Below, in pieces: positions 25,550 to 46,900 of a stretch of DNA of 64,000 nucleotides. Source of the stretch: Takakia lepidozioides. Taxonomy: Eukaryota > Plantae > Bryophyta. The stretch's first letter is position 1. Each line of letters opens with the position of its first letter. The notes under the pieces are model-generated. The model saw only the letters and a list, made by a program, of their open reading frames with translations, was not told the DNA's origin and searched no databases. The position numbers were made by a program, and so were the translations under genes. Location: NCBI GenBank assembly GCA_030704615.1, contig CM060733.1, positions 61,132,001-61,196,000 on the forward strand, given 5' to 3'.

Positions 25550-27021
25550 CAAGAGAAGGTGGAACCGGCGTACCGTCCTGTCAGAGTTTGCACGTGTGCA
25601 TTAAGTTCATACGTCATTTCTAGTGTACTCCACAGGGTAGGTGCTTTAGCCACATCTTGGATACTTGGGCACTCAAAATTGGCTCCTGCTTGCGATCTGA
25701 CATTTGGGTAGAACGCGAGTGTCTTCCCACGCATCAGCCCTTGAACTTTTTAAGAACATTAAATAATTTAAGAGAGAAATCTGTAACTCATTAAGCAAAA
25801 AATAAACCTTGAGGAGAGCCATAAGACACACAAAGAAGGTATCATACTCGGGTTCCCACATTGAGGAGGCTAAACTAATAGACCAAAAGTTCCCTAATAG
25901 AGCCTATGAATTTGTCTGAAAGATACTGAAAAGAGGGGGGGCTCAGAACAAGGTCACAGGAAGCTCCAGATGCTACAAAAATCTTCCAAGGGACACAAAC
26001 CGTTAGTAGAGAATTTGTAACATCAACAAGACGATCCCTATAGCTATCCATGCACCGAAACCACAAGACACCTCATGCCACCTTCTGAAATCATGCCATA
26101 ACAACAAAGGTAAGACAGAGCACAAGAAGTGGCAACCATAACCCTAGTTGCTTGTGATGGGTTCGAAGTTCAAATGCCTTGGGCAACTAGAATTGAGAGT
26201 GGGGTGAGTGGCGTGTGTGAGCTGAGAGTCTTGTGCTCCTGTGAGTGGTTCGGGAAAGAGCAATTTTGCTGGTTGTCCCAGACTCACTGCTCACTGTAAA
26301 GCAATTTGGGAATAGCTTTGGGGATGCTTCTACATCTCTTGCAAATGTCAGTGGAAAAAAAGTCATGCCACAGGCTTCATTCCCATTATTTCTCACCATG
26401 ATTGTGGAGAAAGCACCACCACAACTCTGCCCCACAGTTTCTCTGATTTTGTGAGCTGTGTCACAGTGGCTATGGACATGGGATTCTCCACTATCAACAG
26501 TGCTTATGCATTTGCAAATGGGGACAGGATAATCCAAGAGTTGCACCCGGTAGGTGGGGCATAAACTCTTACAGGAGAGAGAAACATATTCATAAGGTTG
26601 CATGTCGTAGTATGATGGCCATAATCCTTGTACCCCACTTGGATAAGCGCAAGTATTAAAAGGTAGAACAATAAATGAACATCCACAGGAGGCCCGAGGG
26701 GGCCCATGGGACACTCTAGAATTTCTAGGAAAAACTAAGAGAAAGAAAGAGAAGTACTAAGTAAGAATGAAATACTGCTCCAGCCGTGGGAGAATGGGGA
26801 GGGAGAAAACATGAGCTCTCAAGGAAAGGTTTTCTAATAAAATTTGAGCCCTCTTAAGATGAAAATGTAGGTAAAGGGGTACTTGCCGGTGCCTTCAAGT
26901 GGTGCAAACTGGAGAAGTGAACTTTGCGAACACAACAGATCGGCCCTTCTTTCTCAAATTCCTAGAACTTGGAATCGTTATAGGAATGACTTGTACGAAG
27001 AGTTTTTTCTTGTATCCAATT

Positions 27022-36049
<9,028 letters not shown>

Positions 36050-36344
36050 GGCCGGCGTGTTCAATTACAATTCCACTAAAAAGTTCTTTCTGAGGGACTC
36101 GAGCGGCAGAACAGATAGCTGATGCCTATCGGATCTCTTCATAATTCATGCTCTTCAGATTAAATGCTAGGCTACGGCATGATGCAGATGTGGTTGAAGT
36201 AAATCAATCTCCTGCTTTTTGAGCTATCTTTGCAACCGCTGGGCTCTTGCAACTCATTCAATTAAATGGATCTTTGAAGGCCTTCTCCGATCCTAGATTC
36301 TCTCATAGGAAAGTTAGGGCTTCTTGCTTGTTTGGGGTTTGGGG

Positions 36345-36388
36345 TTTGGGCCCAAAGGGTTCCACAAACCATAAACCTAAAACCCTAA
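36345..36388. promoter_or_regulatory. Site II (TGGGCC) palindrome and telobox (AAACCCTAA) upstream of CIP111
   Basis: TTTGGGCCCAAA at 36345-36356 and AAACCCTAA at 36380-36388, ~300 bp upstream of the ATG; a combination typical of plant ribosome-biogenesis genes. Confidence 0.45.
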
Positions 36389-38107
36389 CACGTGATGCCC
36401 TAGATCCAACGGCCAAGGAAACATCTGGTATAGAAAGGAGTCCCCGTTTAGCTTTATAAGCCGTGTGCGCAAGCTGTCACTCCTCTTCACTGGTGCGTGC
36501 TCTACAGCTCTGTAGGGAGTTCGGTTCACGGCTGGCCCATCGTTCCCACGTTGACGGGCCTTTTAGATAGGCTGCCATCGCAGTTTCTCACTGTATCGTC
36601 CTGCCTGCATACTGTAAGTGGTGACAATCAGTAGTATCTATGCTAGGCTTTTATGCTTGGCCTGTTGTTTGCTTGACAGCTCTACTAGATCCATCTTGTG
36701 TTTATTTTGATGATGATGAAATCAACATATTCCAACACTTGGACTGATATGTACATGATGTGAAATATGCTGCGTTCTTTCTGAATCCCTTTCCTCCATA
36801 ACCTTTTAGACAGTGCTTGGTTGTACGTGGAGGTCATCGGATGATGATAGAAACACACAATCTTAGGACACCTTCTTACACGGTTTCGACTGTGGATGAG
36901 AGTGAATGTTTTCTGACGATGGCTGCACGGATCTGGCTGTTGCTTGTGCTCTTGCGAGCTTGCGAGCTTGCTCTCAATTGCTGGTCGTCATGTACGTTGC
37001 TATAGATTCAATGGTTCTTGGGAGACTCTCTAGCGATGACCAAACAAATACTTTCGTTCTACTTATATGCCTCAAGCAATGAGGAGAAAATTGGAGACCT
37101 GAACTGAAGAGAGTTCTTCTGGTGTTGTGCTTTCTTTTGTCTCGTTCTGTTCTGTGTCCGTCTTCCGGTTCTGGCTTGACGCTTTATTCTGACTGCGGTC
37201 TGTATAGGGTCCCTTGATGTGTTCGAACTGTCGTCCGCTATGAAGACTACATATTAATTTACATGTTAGACTATGGAGATGATTAAATCATCAGTGAATA
37301 ACAACTTTTTTTCTGAGCGGACCGCCAAAGCTGCTCGTCTGCTGATGCTGATTTGCCCTGTCGAAGGTCCTATGTCTGGTTTTCTGTTTTCATCCGTTGT
37401 TTTCGGCGGGGGTGGGCATCCTTGGCGGGATGTTACCTGCACAACATGGAATGGCGCGGCTCATCTGAGCTCTCTATGCCTTAGAATCCTTTGTGAACGC
37501 CGTAGAGAAACGGCTACTTGTTGACGGCGCTCTCTTTTTAGAGAATGTCTCCATGCAGTGAGGTTGCATATTCCATTGCCCTGGGGAGCGACGTCGTTGC
37601 CTTTACCCTTTGGGACAGACCATGCAACCTACATTTCGTCACTCCGAGGTTGATTGTTTGTGAAGTATCCCAGTTCATGATTTTAACCACTGATTGTACT
37701 GTCAAAAGTTGGATCGTTTTTGTTGTCTGGTTCAAATTGTTGAGGAAGTTCTACAAGATATCTGCTGAAAAGGCCTGCACACATGCACATCTACTACAGT
37801 CGTCCACGACAATGCAATAGACAATCAATCAATTGGAGGAACACCTTACTAACCTAGTATCTTGCAGTGAAGGTGATGTTGGACTGCACCATCTTGGTGT
37901 AATATAGTGTAGTTACTCATCAGCCTTCCGGTTCCATTGTGGAACTAGATCAAAATTAAGGTTCGACCTGACTTCAGGTGGCATTTCCTAGTTTTCCCAA
38001 GCTGGTGACCATAATCTTAATGTAGTGGGAAAATGAGAACCCTATCAAACCACAGGTCCACATGACTAGCAGAGGCTCCTATAGACGGTTTAGATGTGAG
38101 CAAGAAC

Positions 38108-40096
38108 TGTGAAGCTAGAAGCAACCTCCAAAAGAAATAATATCTAATGTTTTCACTAAATGTGTGTGTAGGTGAGCCCTTACCGGCCTGTGAGCCCTTA
38201 CCAGCCTGTGAGCCCTTACCAGCCTGTGAAGCCTTACCCAGCTTGAACTGTATACTCCCATACTCTCAAGAAATGTGTTTACACAACAAAGGGGCAAGCG
38301 AAAGAGCAGGCAATGCTCGAGAGGAGTATCAAGCAGTCGGATCTGACACACAGGAGTTCTCATCCGAAGTTTGTTCATTGCCATTACATATACACTAACA
38401 CCCGATTACACCTTCCTGACCTTGTGTCCGGGCGCTGTCTTTATACAAAAGCCCTAGCCCTAGTGGCCTGCCATGTGGCGAGACGTCACAAGCCGAAGCC
38501 CACGGCGCCGCCTTGTAGCCCTAGATCTGATGAAGGGCTAGGATCGAGCCACCAGCAAAAATTAACCCTAACCTAGATATTATTGTAACGATTTAACAAC
38601 TTTATATGTCAAAAATATATATTATGGATGTGTATCGCTGTTTCGGATGAAACGGGCTGTTTGCAAGCTAAGCAAATATGGGGCTTTACATCTGTAAAGC
38701 CTATCCCCCACGAAAAATCCTAGGCTCCGTGAAGGAAAACAAATAATAGGAAAATATAATCCTCCACTGGGTGAAAAACCTACCACGGAAAACTTGGCAT
38801 TTGCAAATTGGGCCGAGGACAAAACCCTTGGCTAGGAAAACCGTGCAGGGAGTACAGATGATGATACGCCACAGATGATGATACGCCATGAAATGAAATG
38901 TGCTAAGTCCTAGAGAGGTCAAGTCTGAGGATTCCAAAAGTCATCATCCGCAAACTAAGACTTAAGCCGCTGAGAAGAGAAGTGGATCAAGTTGAAGTAG
39001 ATCGGCTAAGAAGATCAAGACATCACTCCACCGTGCGCCCCTCAACATTGATACATGTAAGATCAAAAACTAGCTCGGAATGCACCAAGTCTGTCAAGGA
39101 AACAGGTTCATCCCGCACTTCAGTATTAGAGCCTTGTGGAAGAAGGAGAGCATGTCGCCCACGTAAAATCTGATAGATCAAGTATGGATCGTTAATCTTG
39201 AGTTTAGATTTACATGCATGCTTGTCATGCTGTAATCGAACGTACATGGGCTGTCCCACCCAAAACAGGTTAGAATACTTGACACGCTTGTTAAAATTAC
39301 GGACTTGGGTTAGTTGAGCCTTACCAATGTTCGTCTTAACATCATGGATAGACACCGCATGTCGAGCATGAAGATCCTCAACAAAGGTCTCAAGATCAAC
39401 CGGATCAGCAACAGTAGAGATAAGAGGGGTAGAATGTAAAGGAGAAACACACTTGCGACCATACAGCAACTCAAAAAAAGTCTTATTGGTGCTAGCATGC
39501 ACAGCGGTGCGATAAGCAAAGAGAATAGGGGAAAGAAAGGTATCCCACGCCCTGGTAAGTGCGTCATTCTTCTCCAACATTCGGCAAAGAGTTTGGTTGA
39601 AGCATTCCGTAAGGCCATTGGTTTGGGGATGGTATGGGGCGGTGGTAGAATGCTTAACACCGAAGTTGAAGCAAATCACCGTGAGGAGCTGGTTACAAAA
39701 CTCCTTGCCCTGATCCGTGAGTATCTCCCGAGGACACCCATGTCGCATAAGGATCTCATTGAAGAAGAACTGAGCTACAACATCACTAGCCTTGGAACGC
39801 AAAGGCCGAACTTCTACCCAATTAGTCAAGTAGTCGGTAGCAACACAAAGGTAACTTCGACCCTTTGATGTGAATGTGAGGGGTCCTACCAAGTCAATGC
39901 CAACACGAGCAAAAGCATGGGTGACAGGCAAAGGCTGCAGCTCATACAAAATCCGGGCCCTAGGGAGAGCAATGTTAGCACGACAACCTTCACACGTAGA
40001 AATGAACTCGGTGACGTCTCGGTGAATTCCCAACCAATAGTATATCTCTTGGATGCGGGCCCGGGGGGTGCACTCCAGCCAATATGTACCAGCCAC
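38108..40096 (-). mobile_element. Truncated Ty3/gypsy element: integrase plus candidate 3' LTR (38108-38690)
   Basis: ORF 39023-40096 with YYW..I...CEGC, VGIDLVGPL, TDQGKEF, YHPQTNGLTE. LTR candidate bounded by TGTGAAGC...GCTTTACA, containing an 18-bp tandem repeat at 38172-38240; purine tract nearby on the minus strand. Confidence 0.8.
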
Positions 40097-40739
40097 GTGC
40101 GTGCACAGGAGGGGGTATTTTAAACCCCTCCATGTACAACATTATACATATAGAGGGGGGTTTATATCACCTTAAATATAATCTTACAGGAGGGGGTTAC
40201 TAAGTTTTAGGAGTAGTTTAGTGGTAAGGGCGTAGAATGTGGCGTGACACATCGCGGGATCAAATCGCGATGCAATGTTTTTTTCTTTTTCTTTTTTTTC
40301 TTTTCTCCCCGCGATCTGTCTCCCGCGGGCTCTCTTTTCCCTCCTCCCCCGCACCCCTTCCGTGTCAGCATGGTCTTAGCATGCCATGAGCTTTGTGACC
40401 CTCTCTCTTTCTTGTTTCTTTTTTCCTCTTATCCCATTAGATCTTTGAGCTTCCTGCAGCCATTGTGAAGTACAATCGCATTCTACCAAGATTTGGCGTT
40501 TGCGGAATAGTGGCACCCTTCCATGGCCTAAGCATACTCAACAAGGCCTGGCTCCGGAGGCTGAGACAGAAGCTTCAGTTCATCTTGTGGCTCCAGAGAA
40601 ACCTGGTCGCTATCTCTCATTGGCGTCTGGTAGCACCAGCTGGTCCTAAGTTTGGTCATCGGGTTTGGGTTTTGATTCAGGTATGTCCAAACTGATTGCT
40701 TTTCTTTCGTTCTGTTCCTCTACGCCTCTCCACCTATCC

Positions 40740-41738
40740 TCAGCCTCGAGACTTTCAAAGTTGGTAAACAGGGGTATAGGCACAATTCCCTTGATAGAAT
40801 TGAAGAGAGCGTCTCTTTGGTGAGAGAACCCCGGACAGTGTATCAGAAAACGAATACTGTCTTCAGGTTGCCCACACAATGGGCAGTGCACTCCCCCTTT
40901 CCTCTCTACTTTTGTTTGTTGTTCAAAGGTAGGCTTCCTGCCCTGAGTTTAAATTTCAGTCTACTGCCGAGAGTGGGTGGACCCTTGAGGTCATCCAAGA
41001 TGTCACCCCCATGTCACTGACTGGAACAAGTTCAGGGAAGTTCTCTGCCTAACTTCATTTTCATCAGACAATCTCATGGCAACAGACATGGCTTCCGACA
41101 CTACAGCCTCTAAGTCAGATTTATCCAGCAGGGTCAAGACTTGCGGATCCAGATCAAGGTCCTTGAGAATCTTTTCTACTCTCTTCTGCCAGGACTTCGC
41201 CTGTTTGACAGGGTTTAGGGTTTCCAAGATATAGAGTCGATTAACTTAGGATATCCGGTGTTGGGCATATGTTGCAGCTGACCCCACCATCTGACCTTGA
41301 TTTCATCTCGTCGGGAGCTTAATGATGGAATGCCAAATTCACCCCGAACAGCCACATTGGCTGTTTTGGAGCATGCTGACATACACTCCTTAAGCGCCCC
41401 CACTTGAATGGATTCTAGAGACTTAGCCTGGTTGGAGTTATCAACCCATATAGCAGATCCGTACTCCAAGGCAGGTCTACTAACGCGAGAAAGCATGGTT
41501 TTCTTAACCTCAGAGTTGACCCCTGTGCAGTGGAAAATTTAGTGAGCCCCAGAGCTTTGCCCATTTGGTGAGAGAACCCCAGACAGTGTATCAGAAAATG
41601 AATATTGTCTTCAGATTGCCCACACAATGGGCAGTGCACTCCCCTTTCCTCTCTGCTTCTGTTTGTTGTTCAAAGGTAGGCTTCCTGCCCTGAGTTTAAA
41701 TTTCAGTCTAGTGCCGAGAGTGGGTGGACCCTTGAGGT
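40740..41738 (-). repeat. 749-bp LINE-derived tandem array, left part
   Basis: Near-identical ORF fragments at 41215, 62799 and 63548. The unit is interrupted at GGACCCTTGAGGT|CATCC. Confidence 0.92.
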
Positions 41739-42659
41739 GAGGTTTACTATTTCATGAGCAGAAACCATGAGCCATGAGCCGCATGAGCCGCATGAGCGGT
41801 GAGCCGAAGTCTAAGATACGCGGATTTCATGAACGGACTCCTCCAAATTTGGAAATGCGGCAGATTAAACAAGTATTAAAATAATAGTTTTTTATTTGAC
41901 CTTGCCGTTTTTGGACGTTCCACCGGCACTGTCCCCAGCAACTAGTGGCACCTCAGTGTTGACACTCAACCGGTCATGAACATGTCCCTAACCCCCTCTC
42001 CACAAGGTAACGGGGTAGAGAACCTGTTGCGGCTTATGGTTTGGAATACTAAGTTCCTAACATAGCCTACACCTGTACCTGCATCCACCGCAAGCACTCC
42101 TATGGTTGGCTGGTCATCACCTCCAACCTCACCACAGGAGAAACAATGATGGTCTGGCTGGTCATCACCCCAGCCTCACCATCGAGAGCATGCTCTAGGA
42201 CTGGCCGGTGATCAAATCCGGACCAATCACCTATAAAAACAAGCGCCCACACAAAACTAGCATGGCGCACAGTCAAGCATGCAGGTATGGAGGGGATCCA
42301 AACACAAGAAAATCAGATCGACAACTCCCCCACACCAAAAACAACTCCACGGTGTTGCTCCTGCAAGGACACCCCAGCCCAAACCCGGACTGACTCTTGC
42401 CTCCACCTACGGAAAGGTCTTGGCCTAATGAGAGGGGGGGAAACTACGAGGAAGAGAAGCTTAAAGCAATGCCTAACCCCAGCATGCTCTCATTCCCAAC
42501 ACTCTGCCTCTCCTCTCTACCCTCACTTGCATGACCATGGGGAATATCATGAAGATACTCCTCAAACCGCCCTCCACGAGCTTCAAAATTCGGCCTTCCA
42601 GACCACATGCCAGTCCTTAGTCCACCAGTGCCTCCACGAGTCAGCACAGGCCATCCACA

Positions 42660-44167
42660 AGGTCAACACGGGCCACCACAGACCAGCACAGGCCCACACA
42701 GGCTCCTGGTCAAAGCCGTCACAGTCCCACAGGCCACTGGGCACAGCCTGTCACAGCCCCTCACACTCGTCACAGCGCAAAGCATCAGGCACAGCTTTTT
42801 GGGCCTGTCACAGCCCCAAGGCCGCAGGCCCGCGGCCTGTCACAGCCCGTCACAGCCCCAAAGGCCATGGGCACGGGCCTTTTGTCACAGCCCCTCACAG
42901 CCCGTCACAAGCCTCAAAGGCCTCAGGCAAGGCAGTTTTTGGTCACACAGCCCCTCACAGCCCCAAAGGCCTAAGGCACGGCCCTGTCACAGCCCACTTC
43001 ACAGCCCGTCTAGTCAAGCCCCCAAGGCCTCAGGCGCGGCCTGTCACAGACCCTCACAAGCCCATCACAGCCTCAAAGGCCTCAGGCACGGCCTGTCACA
43101 GCCCCTCACAGCCCGTCACAGCCCCAAAGGCCAATGGGCACGGCCTTTTTGTCACAGGCCCCTCACAGCCCGTAACAGCTACAAAGGCCTCAGGCACGGC
43201 CTGTCACAGCCCATCACAGCCCCCACAAAAGGCCTCAGGCACGGCCTGTCACAGCCCTCACAGCCCGTCGTTCACGCCCCAAAGGCCTCAGGCTCGGATG
43301 TCAACAGCCCCCTCACAAGCCCGGGCACTAGCCCCAAGGCCTAGGCAGGGCACGGGCCTGTCACAGCCCCTCACAGACCCGTCACAGCCCCCAGGCCTCA
43401 GGCACGGCCTGTCACAGCCCGTAAAGCCCGTCACAGCCTTCAAAGGCCGGCAGGCACACGGCTTTGTCAACAAGCCCCTCACAGCCGCCACAGCCTCAAG
43501 GCCTCAGGCACGGCCTTTTTGTCACAGCCCCGCACATCCCCTTATATTAGGCCTCAGGCACGGCCTGTCACAGCCCCTATCAGCCCGTCACAGCCCCAAA
43601 AAGCCTCGGGCAACGGCCTGTCACCAGCCCCTTCAAGCCAGTTACAGCCCCAAAGGCCATGGGAACGGCTGTGTACAGCCACTCACAGCCGTCACAGCGT
43701 AAGGCCTCAGGCACGGCCCGGTGCAACAGCCCCTCACAGCCCATCACAGCCCCAAAGGCCATGGGCACAGCTGTCACAGCCGTCACAGCCCAACAGGCCT
43801 CCAGGGCACATGAGCACAGCACGGCACAGCCCGTCAAAGCCCCAAAGGCCACTGGGCCACAGCCTGTCACCGCCTTGACACAGCCCGTTACAAGCCCCAC
43901 AGGGCACAGGGCACAGGCCTTGTCACAGTCCATCACAGCCCATCACGCCTCAAAGGCCTCAGGCACGGCCTGTCACAGCCCCTCAACAGCCCATCACAGC
44001 CCCCAAAAGGCCATGGGCAAAGCCTTTGTCACAGCCCGTCACAGCCCCACACAGCCTGTCACAGCCCAAAAAGGACCACGGGCAAGCCTGTGTCAACAGC
44101 CCATCACAGCCGTCAAGCTCGCACAGACCTGTCAGCCAGTCACAGCCCCGAGTCACAGCCGGCCACA
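42660..44167. repeat. GC-rich minisatellite, ~51-bp unit built from 10-bp TCACAGCCC subunits
   Basis: GGCCTCAGGCACGGCCTGTCACAGCCCCTCACAGCCCGTCACAGCCCCAAA repeated imperfectly up to the gap. Confidence 0.92.
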
Positions 44168-44667
44168 NNNNNNNNNNNNNNNNNNNNNNNNNNNNNNNNN
44201 NNNNNNNNNNNNNNNNNNNNNNNNNNNNNNNNNNNNNNNNNNNNNNNNNNNNNNNNNNNNNNNNNNNNNNNNNNNNNNNNNNNNNNNNNNNNNNNNNNNN
44301 NNNNNNNNNNNNNNNNNNNNNNNNNNNNNNNNNNNNNNNNNNNNNNNNNNNNNNNNNNNNNNNNNNNNNNNNNNNNNNNNNNNNNNNNNNNNNNNNNNNN
44401 NNNNNNNNNNNNNNNNNNNNNNNNNNNNNNNNNNNNNNNNNNNNNNNNNNNNNNNNNNNNNNNNNNNNNNNNNNNNNNNNNNNNNNNNNNNNNNNNNNNN
44501 NNNNNNNNNNNNNNNNNNNNNNNNNNNNNNNNNNNNNNNNNNNNNNNNNNNNNNNNNNNNNNNNNNNNNNNNNNNNNNNNNNNNNNNNNNNNNNNNNNNN
44601 NNNNNNNNNNNNNNNNNNNNNNNNNNNNNNNNNNNNNNNNNNNNNNNNNNNNNNNNNNNNNNNNNNN
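44168..44667. other. Assembly gap (500 N)
   Basis: Run of N. Confidence 1.
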
Positions 44668-44939
44668 CCTGTGATCAGGGCTCCTCTCCTAGTGAGGCGT
44701 CCTCCCGCCTCCTTGAGTGCCTTGGGCCCTACAAGGGTCTTCAGCAGCCCCCCATACCTATCTTCTGCTATGCCCCCCCACGAGCAAGGGGCACCCCCTC
44801 ATGGTCCCGACCTCCCTTCCCTCAAGGCAAAGGGCCTCGACACCAATAGCCAGCAATATTACGTAATCCCTTCGCTCCCCTGACTTACTAAGCTTGCATA
44901 CACGTTGGGGTCCACTGCCACCCCTTGGCGAGAGGCAAC

Positions 44940-46900
44940 ATGCTGAGGCTGTCCAGGAAGCCACACACCTCATAAAAGAGGAGGTGAAATTGAGCCCCGT
45001 AGTCAGACCACGCAGATTCAGCTGAAGGCAGCCCACCGATTGCTCTTGGCAAAACATGTCTGAATATGGTTCGAGCCGACCGAGAGCCCTTGACCGAAGA
45101 CGAGATGCGTGACCTCTTGGAGTCCGTCTCGCACGTTTGTATCCCGAATGGCGGAATCGATCGTACTTGCAAGCAGGAGTTCGGCAGGGGAGTCGGAACA
45201 TGTACTCAATCCTGGAGGTGAAACGAATGACTGGATATGCCTACATCCAAGTCGCAGGTTTCCATGGCAGGCAAGCAAATCCGATCGTTGTTACATTTTC
45301 AAAATGTCGACGTGTGGGCCTGGAGTGGAGTCGACTTGTCACTCGCATGACAACTGGAAACTTGTCGAATGCTTGGGTGATGTTTGAATCACATCAAGCG
45401 AATTACAAACCATCAGTGGGTGACTATGGGTGCGCATGTTTATGACATCACTCCAAGAGGCTCATGACGATTGCAATCTGCGAGATGAAAGGGGAGGACA
45501 CACAGTCCGAGAATGCTCTGTGGGAGGGCATAAAGAGCAGCTGGCAAGGGCGGGATTGCCAGAGCCCAATTTCATTCAGGGGATTCATGGCAGACAACGC
45601 TCAGGCCAACTGGGCAGCGGTGCGGCGCGTGTACGTGAGGAACCCCAATGTTCCAATGAGGGAAAGAGAGATCCTGTGGATTCCATTGGATGCAGAGTCT
45701 ATCCCACTACACTACCAAATTTGTTGCTAGCTCATTCCACCAGGCTGAACAACCGTGTCCTTTGTACGGCGTGGAAGGATGCACCCACATTTGATGACGC
45801 GGAGGTTAGTTTGCTATCATCGAGGCTTGGTGGAACACGTCAGGTTAGGGAGACAACCAATCTGGGAGCATTGCACAGCTGGTTGGGGTGGTGGCATTTT
45901 CGGTATCGACAGGTCGGACAGTACATGCGAGGTAGGCTGCTGTCATTTTCGTTCTTTGTCTTTCTTCTGTTATGGACGATTCGATTGGTCCCTCACCATT
46001 GTTTCGTGTCCTTCTAGGAGCGGTGCTTGGATTCCGACACGGACATGCCGAACACGAATATGGCAGAATCGGTCCACTCCTCCTGGCGAGCGTCTTCTGC
46101 CGCACATCTGGTGGACGTAGTGACGGCCACAACGGAGGACATCGAAGAGCAATCATGCAGCAAGCCACGTACTACAATTTTCTGAGCGGCAAACCAATGG
46201 GGCTTTGGGCCGGACAGGGAGGAATTGTTGGTACGAACAGTTTGCGGTCCAAGAATCCACTGAATGGGCGACAGCATTGCGAGAGAAGATCAAAGTGACG
46301 CCTCTGCAAAAAACCGCAGAGGTGAACACCTAGAGGGGGACGTCCGGACTTGCCCTGTGAGGCGGAGATTGAAGAGGAATCCGGGTGCGAAGAGGATTCC
46401 TGGAGATCCGACAGGAACATTCGGACAGCACCTCGAGGTCCCGTCATGTTGCCGCACAATGTTGTCTTCCGCAGTGGAAGCCCAATAAATTCCAGATCGC
46501 CGTCGCCTTCAACCGAGGATTTCGTGCGAGAAATTCCCACCGCTCCCTTGCCCCTCTTCCGCCCGCTGTTATGCAGTATGGCCAAGCCATTGTGGAGACG
46601 ACTGTGTCTGCATCACAGTGGAGAATTGCTCGCACAAAGCGTCGTTTCGAGGAAGGTTTCCGCAATTCGTGTGGATACACGCAACGTTGTTTAGAGATGA
46701 TAAAAGGAATCCAGAGGGGCTGTCCCTGCTCCTACTTTTACAGGAAGATTGTCCATGCAAAGTTTGCGGAGGCGACAACCACCCATTTCTGGTTCTGCAT
46801 GCACGACATTATGACTTGCGTGTATGGAAAGCCCATGTACGGCATACAAACAAGGCCAGAGGCTCCCCCGGTGTGCCGGTGGAACCAGGCTGCGATCTGA
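44940..46900 (+). pseudogene. MULE DDE transposase, frameshifted
   Basis: Across frames: NAWVMF(D)HIKR, FRGFMADNAQANWAAVR, ERSCGFHWMQ (CxxH), WLGWWHFR, PNTNMAESVHSSW (catalytic E at 46066). Boundaries approximate. Confidence 0.82.

Noticed and set aside
25560-26800. 175-aa ORF (26187-26714) as a gene
   Set aside because: No recognisable motif or supporting gene structure.
36480-38050. Divergent gene on the plus strand from the CIP111 promoter
   Set aside because: Splice-like signals are present but there is no recognisable coding sequence; it cannot be supported without transcripts.
42287-44883. Long ORFs (471, 396, 285, 245 aa)
   Set aside because: They are translations of the stop-poor minisatellite and of the N gap.
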